From Girardia tigrina (Eukaryota): 50,802 bases of DNA. The position numbers and the translations under genes were made by a program. A model generated the notes under the pieces. It saw only the letters and a list, made by a program, of their open reading frames with translations, did not search any database and was not told the DNA's origin. The stretch lies in assembly GCA_001938485.1 (NCBI GenBank), contig MQRK01241613.1, positions 1 to 50,802 of the forward strand, written 5' to 3'. Below, piece after piece: positions 48,537 through 50,802 of this stretch (position 1 is its first letter; the number at the start of each line of letters is the position of its first letter).

Positions 48537-49398
48537 TAGTAAGTTTCAAGTTTAAAGGAATTATAAATTCTCTGAGATTGTAGTAACTGAAGGATATTTT
48601 CTTTAAGTTTTTCTTTTCCTCAAAATGATTTGACAAATATTCAATAAAAAACTTAAAGTTGATAAATTTCCATTTTAACTCTAGCCAGTGCATCCTATAC
48701 AATTCTTCGAGTTGGATTCCGCGCTGTAGTAGCAGCAATATTAATAAGATTTGCTGTTTATGAACTGCCTTTTTTTAATTACCTTAGAAAAAATAAAAAT
48801 AAAAATTTAATTTAATATTAATTTAAAAATTAAAATCGCTATTTGGACTGTATCCTGATTGCAGTTTTTACAAATATCTAAAGATGTCAGTAGTAAAGTT
48901 GGCCCACATCTACTGTAACCGAATTCCTAGTTGCTAGTGATTGCAATTATAAGTCCATTTATAAACTTTATTTTTAGAATCGCTTCTTTTTAAAAAAAAA
49001 CCAATAAAACACAATGTATATCAAAATGAAACTGAAAAGGGTGTGGTCATATTTTCAAGAAGCACGGTGAGTACCTCAACTAATTTTATGTTACTTTAAT
49101 TTTTGAGAATAGAACAACGTAATAATAAATTACAAGGAAACTAAACCAATAGGTGAACAGTCTTTTATTAGGAATTTTTATAGTATTTTATATTATTACT
49201 TTCATAATATATTTGTGTTTAGGTAGTTTAATATAATGGAATTTAAATTTAAATTTATATTTTACAATTTGATAAAATATTTTATATTTATTTAGAGTTT
49301 TTATACTAAAATGGTTTAAATTGTTAGTTTTAATAAATATTTTTGTAAATGAAAAATATTTTAGAAAGATTAAAAATTGTTCAAATAGTCATTATTAT

Positions 49399-49960
49399 TG
49401 TGAGGATTATTATTTTTTGAATGTTTGATGTTTTGTGTTTGAATGTGTATCTTGATTTATAATTGTGTCTCCTACCCAGATGGATGATTAATATTTGAAT
49501 TCTTATTATCTAAAAATATGTAATGTTTAAATTTATTTCTTATTTAAAATAATTGATAAATTTTAAAATTTTAAATAAATAAATTAAATTAATATTTTTT
49601 AAATAATTCACAATCATTTTAATTTTTAACCAACAAAATTAAATGTAAATCTCCATTTGGTCAGATAATAAGATTAAAGTCATTAATTAATTAGACAGAT
49701 GCAATCGTACGAAAGTTTTGACAAAGATTGTCCTCAGGACTATCAAACTTTTAATATTAATAAAAATATTAGGAGACAGAAATTAAACCAATTACAAGTG
49801 TTGGTGGTTTAAGACGTTTTATGCTGGGTATAATAAATTGAGTTGACGTTTGAAATAATTCTGTTCAAGCAAAAATATAATTCTGAATTAAAACAACTTT
49901 AATCGAAGGCTGCGTTGCTTGTTCGTAGCTCGAACCCAGCTCAATATTTGATATTGTAAC
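49399..49960 (+). mobile_element. LTR-like repeat, TGTGAGG family (3' end uncertain)
   Basis: Starts TGTGAGGAT and aligns with the reverse complement of 2330-2517 plus 3012-3230. Confidence 0.6.
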
Positions 49961-50642
49961 TTTATTAGTAATTGAAACCAAATAACAAATATTATTGAAA
50001 TTTATATTTAATGATCAGAAAATTTGTACATGGGTCTTGCTATAATAATTGAGGCTGAAATAATATATTGATTGAACTTAATCTTTTTTGTATTGGATTT
50101 GAAATTTTGTATTTTATTTTTTGTGTCGTCGTAATTGTCATTATTTGCATTTCAGAAGGGTATTTTTACCCAAATTTTTTTTTATTTTAAATAATAAATA
50201 TATAAAAAAAATATCATTTAATTAAAAAATATTTAAAATTATTTTAAAACTTTTAATTATTATTTTTTCGTCATAAATGTTCGCAACATTTGTTACGAAC
50301 AATCAAACAATTATAATCTAAGACCAGATTGATGACAAGTAAGGCCAATTAGGAATGTTCTGTTTTTTTCTTTCTTTCATTCTTTGAAGTAATTAACACA
50401 TTTTTTGAATAGCTGAATCCCAATTAGTTTGGGAATTGTCAAAAATTGAATTTGTTACAAATAAATTTAACTTTGATTCGTTTCTAAAGAATTAATATAC
50501 ATAATGACAAAAACATATGATATATTCCCATCAGATAAATCTCTAGGTAAATTTAAAACCGATCATCGTTCATCTGCCAAAGGGAAATTTCATTTTTAGA
50601 AATTTTTTTAAAAAATAAGTGAGTAAAATATTTTTTTTTAAG

Positions 50643-50790
50643 TAATAATAATAATAATTATTATAATATAAACTTTAATAAAGATAATAATAATTTTAAT
50701 AATAATATTAACTTTATAATAATAACTTTTGATAATAATAATGATAATAATAATAATAACAATAATAACAATAATAGTAGTAATAATTAA
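50643..50790. repeat. Imperfect (AAT)n microsatellite
   Basis: Read directly from the sequence. Confidence 0.85.
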
Positions 50791-50802
50791 ATAATATATA
50801 AA

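Overview
This is very AT-rich eukaryotic (probably invertebrate animal) genomic DNA with several N gaps, and most of it is nested transposable elements. The only clear host gene is two exons of a TTC17-like TPR protein with a C-terminal hydrophobic helix (3797-4312, +, 42-nt intron). DNA transposons: five mariner copies (one with an intact 341-aa transposase), a Tc1 relic, a Chapaev3/CMC element (TAA TSD), two MULE derivatives, two hAT derivatives, a piggyBac-type MITE, foldback elements, and an unclassified GAAG-terminated TIR element with 21-bp subterminal arrays. Retroelements: one near full-length and three 3'-end Penelope-like elements (three families carry minimal hammerhead ribozyme motifs), a Gypsy gag-protease relic and two solo-LTR families. 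The most unusual items are: (1) a complete 1.5-kb non-autonomous LTR element (16900-18434) whose interior is a non-retroviral ORF retaining a sense-strand intron with a broken donor, which when spliced gives a mucin-like Thr-rich tail; (2) covarying hammerhead motifs in the Penelope terminal repeats, including an inverted pair on opposite strands; (3) a TIR element whose repeat arrays match RFX X-box and CCAAT motifs. All calls were read by eye; no searches were run.
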